A stretch of 32,000 nt of DNA from Paramicrosporidium saccamoebae KSL3. Taxonomy: Eukaryota > Fungi > Cryptomycota. The stretch is from assembly GCA_002794465.1 (NCBI GenBank), contig MTSL01000146.1, positions 1 through 32,000 on the forward strand. Direction: 5' to 3'. Below are positions 29,630 to 32,000 of the stretch, in pieces. How positions within the stretch are numbered: position 1 is the stretch's first letter; the number at the start of each line of letters is the position of its first letter. The position numbers and the translations under genes are program-made. The notes under the pieces are model-generated. The model did not search any database and was not told the origin of the DNA. It saw only the letters and a list, made by a program, of their open reading frames with translations.

Positions 29630-30923
29630 ATGTTGGGAATCTTTCGACCATCATTGCAGCTATTGTCCCGTAGCCAATTTTACAAGAGGCTAGTGCAAGA
29701 TTTGGATGCCATGAAAGCATCTGGGCTGTACAAAGACGAGCAAGTCATTGCCTCTCCCCAATCCAACAGTGTAAAGGTGCAAGGGGAAAATTTGATTAAT
29801 TTCTGTGCCAACAACTATCTCGGTCTTTCAAACCATCCTGGTAATATTGAAAACGCCATGTAATTCCCGTAGAGCTTGTTGAGGCTGGAAAGCATGCCTT
29901 GGAGTCTCGTGGGGCGGGGATGAGCTCGGTGAGATTTATTTGTGGTACGCAAGACCTTCACAAGAAGCTGGAGGCAAAAATTTCCGAATTCCATGGAACC
30001 GATGACACAATTCTCTACACGAGTTGTTTTGATGCAAATGCAGGTATTTTCGAAACATTGCTGGGAGCAGAAGATGCAGTCATTTCTGATGCCCTAAATC
30101 ACGCATCCATAATTGATGGAATACGACTTTGTAAAGCGCAAAGATTGCGTTACAAGCACAATGATATGGATGACCTCGAGAGATTATTGAAGGATAATCG
30201 AGAAAAGGCCCGGACCATGCTTATCGCAACTGATGGCGTATTTAGCATGGATGGCGACTTGGCCAAGCTGCCCGAAATCTGTCATTTAGCTCGAAAATAC
30301 GATGCGCTTGTGTTTGTAGATGACAGTCACGCCACTGGGTTCATTGGTTCTACGGGTCGCGGAACGGCAGAGCATTTTAATCTCGAAAAGGAGGTGGACA
30401 TTATCTCTTCCACTCTTGGAAAGGCGCTTGGAGGCTCGTCCGGTAAGTCACTTTGGGAGCGTTGGTTCATCTTCTAGGCGGGTATACCACAGGACGATCT
30501 GAGGTCATATCTACTCTTCGACAGCGCAGCCGGCCATATTTATTCTCCAACAGCCTTCCTCCGGTGATTGCCTCGTTTGCGCTGAAAGCACTGGAGCTCG
30601 TATCTTCTCGGCCGGAACTTTGTATTGCTGTAAATGAAAATGCGGTGCATTTCCGAAAAAGCATGACAGCCAAAGGATTCAAGATTATGGGAAACGCCAG
30701 TCATCCCATTTGTCCAGTACTGATTGGCGACGCCGTGATTGCCGGCAAGATGGCCGCAGAACTGCGAGCTTGTGGCATATTTGTGATTGCATTTAGCTAC
30801 CCCGTGGTGCCTCACGACCTTGCTCGAATCCGCGTCCAATTATCGGCTTCTCACACCAAAAAGCAAATTGACAATGCTGTTGCAGAATTCGAGCGTATAG
30901 GCAAGAAATATAATGTTATCTAA
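29630..30923 (+). CDS. KBL: 2-amino-3-ketobutyrate CoA ligase (glycine C-acetyltransferase, ~408 aa); introns 29841-29872 and 30443-30477
   Basis: [15 protein letters not shown]|[39 protein letters not shown] (PLP Lys) S|[22 protein letters not shown]...ARIRVQ. Confidence 0.96.
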
Positions 30924-30932
30924 AGTGAATAA

Positions 30933-30985
30933 TGTGATTGTGCGATTAGGCGATTATGCGGTGAGGCGATTGGGGGGCTGTGGGC
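30933..30985 (+). repeat. Degenerate GCGATT repeat downstream of KBL
   Basis: gtgattgtgcgattaggcgattatgcggtgaggcgattgggggg. Confidence 0.55.
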
Positions 30986-31206
30986 AGTCTTACGAAGCGG
31001 TAGTAAAAGTGTGCAACGTGACACCTGTGTAGTGTGATAAAGTCTGTTTTTGCACCTATCAAGGAATCTGGTAATAAGAGAGGCCCCTTGAAAGTCCGTG
31101 ATATGTTCTTTGTGACTGGTGAGCGATGAACAGGTTTTGTATTATGCGAACATTAGTTGCCCATAACAACATTATCACTATCCGAGACGTGTATATTTCC
31201 ACAATC

Positions 31207-32000
31207 CTACTGGCTTACAATGCTGTCATGTGTTCCAAAGAGTTTGTGGACTGAATCATATATCCAGGTGGGGAACAGTCGTGCGATTGAAATAATCATC
31301 ATGAATCGGGGTAGCCAAACCTCTATGCGTCCGGTCTCAATAGCATCTACAATCTGTTGGGCCACAAAAGATACTGTGAGGGTGGGTAGTAGACTTTTAA
31401 AATTCCACTTTACCTTGCCGCGGAACATGGCAGTATCTACATGAAATGGGCATATAATTGTTGTTGTCACACCCGAGCATCCATCTGCCTGCAGCTCTAA
31501 TCTTAGGGATTCATTCATCCCATACAATGCAAATTTGCTGGCACAGTAGTCGGCTACAAGTAAATGTGCAAAAAGTACCTAGTACTCATTTTTGCCACTC
31601 CCCCAATACCCAAGATGGACGAAATGTTGACAATGCGTCCAAAATTCTTCTCAATCATTTGGGGAAGGAATTTTTTGATGAGTCGGAATGGTCCCATTAC
31701 ATTCACATTCAAGACATTTTGAATTTCCTGATCTGACAGTTCGCCTATTCGTTTCCCCCTGTTCCAAATTCCCGCATTATTGACAAGGATTGTCGGGGCT
31801 ACGTTCTAGATATTGAAAAGTGTATCACAACACGTACCTTTGACACGAGAGCGGCTGCCAAGTTGTCGATACTTTCTGCATCACCAACATTGCACTCGAT
31901 GTATTGTACATCTATGGCTGGAATCTATATAAACAATGTGCATACTTTTTGGCAGTTCCCAGTCTGGCCGAGCTATGTCAGCGATTATTATTTTAGAGCA
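31207..32000 (-). CDS. Classical short-chain dehydrogenase (RDH10/DHRS-like), 5'-truncated by the window edge; introns 31945-31912, 31837-31806 and 31585-31554
   Basis: IIIADI, YIECNVGD, ILVNNAGI, NVNVMG, IVNISSILG, T|DYCASKFA (YxxxK), ESLRLEL, ICPFHVDTAMF; possible further intron near the stop. Confidence 0.9.

Noticed and set aside
28582-32000. The terminal SDR as a third member of the TDH-KBL cluster
   Set aside because: It is an RDH10/DHRS-type lipid or retinoid SDR, convergent with KBL, with no known link to threonine catabolism.

Overview
Gene-dense eukaryotic DNA from a compact genome with fungal affinity. Tim54, Pex14, mitochondrial ribosomal protein mL41, Coa6 and very short spliceosomal introns point to an early-diverging fungus or Rozellomycota/short-branch-microsporidian type; this is inference, not a database match. 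I support about 26 coding regions. Housekeeping genes: DED1, SDA1, PRP4, CDC40/PRP17, VMA16, mL41, COA6, EFG1, NCL1/TRM4, SEC27, TIM54, PEX14, U1A/U2B'', a possible Med9, TDH, KBL and a partial SDR. Between them lie intronless orphan ORFs with signal-peptide-like N-termini, a C-type lectin and a degenerate M28 aminopeptidase. Manual splicing gives 15 well-supported introns of 29-35 nt (one GC-AG) plus one tentative 27-nt intron. Several ORF-track starts (TTG/GTG) are artefacts and are corrected here. Best leads: (1) a head-to-head TDH-KBL threonine-catabolism pair with 50 bp between start codons; (2) an unannotated dispersed repeat family (core CGTAGTGGGGATAATACCAC) at three loci, each beside an orphan or secreted gene; (3) a probable pseudo-peptidase and a Cys-tailed C-type lectin; (4) extreme compaction (18-37 bp spacers) and intergenic microsatellites that are G/T-rich on the + strand. 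No rRNA, tRNA, CRISPR array or autonomous transposon is supportable.
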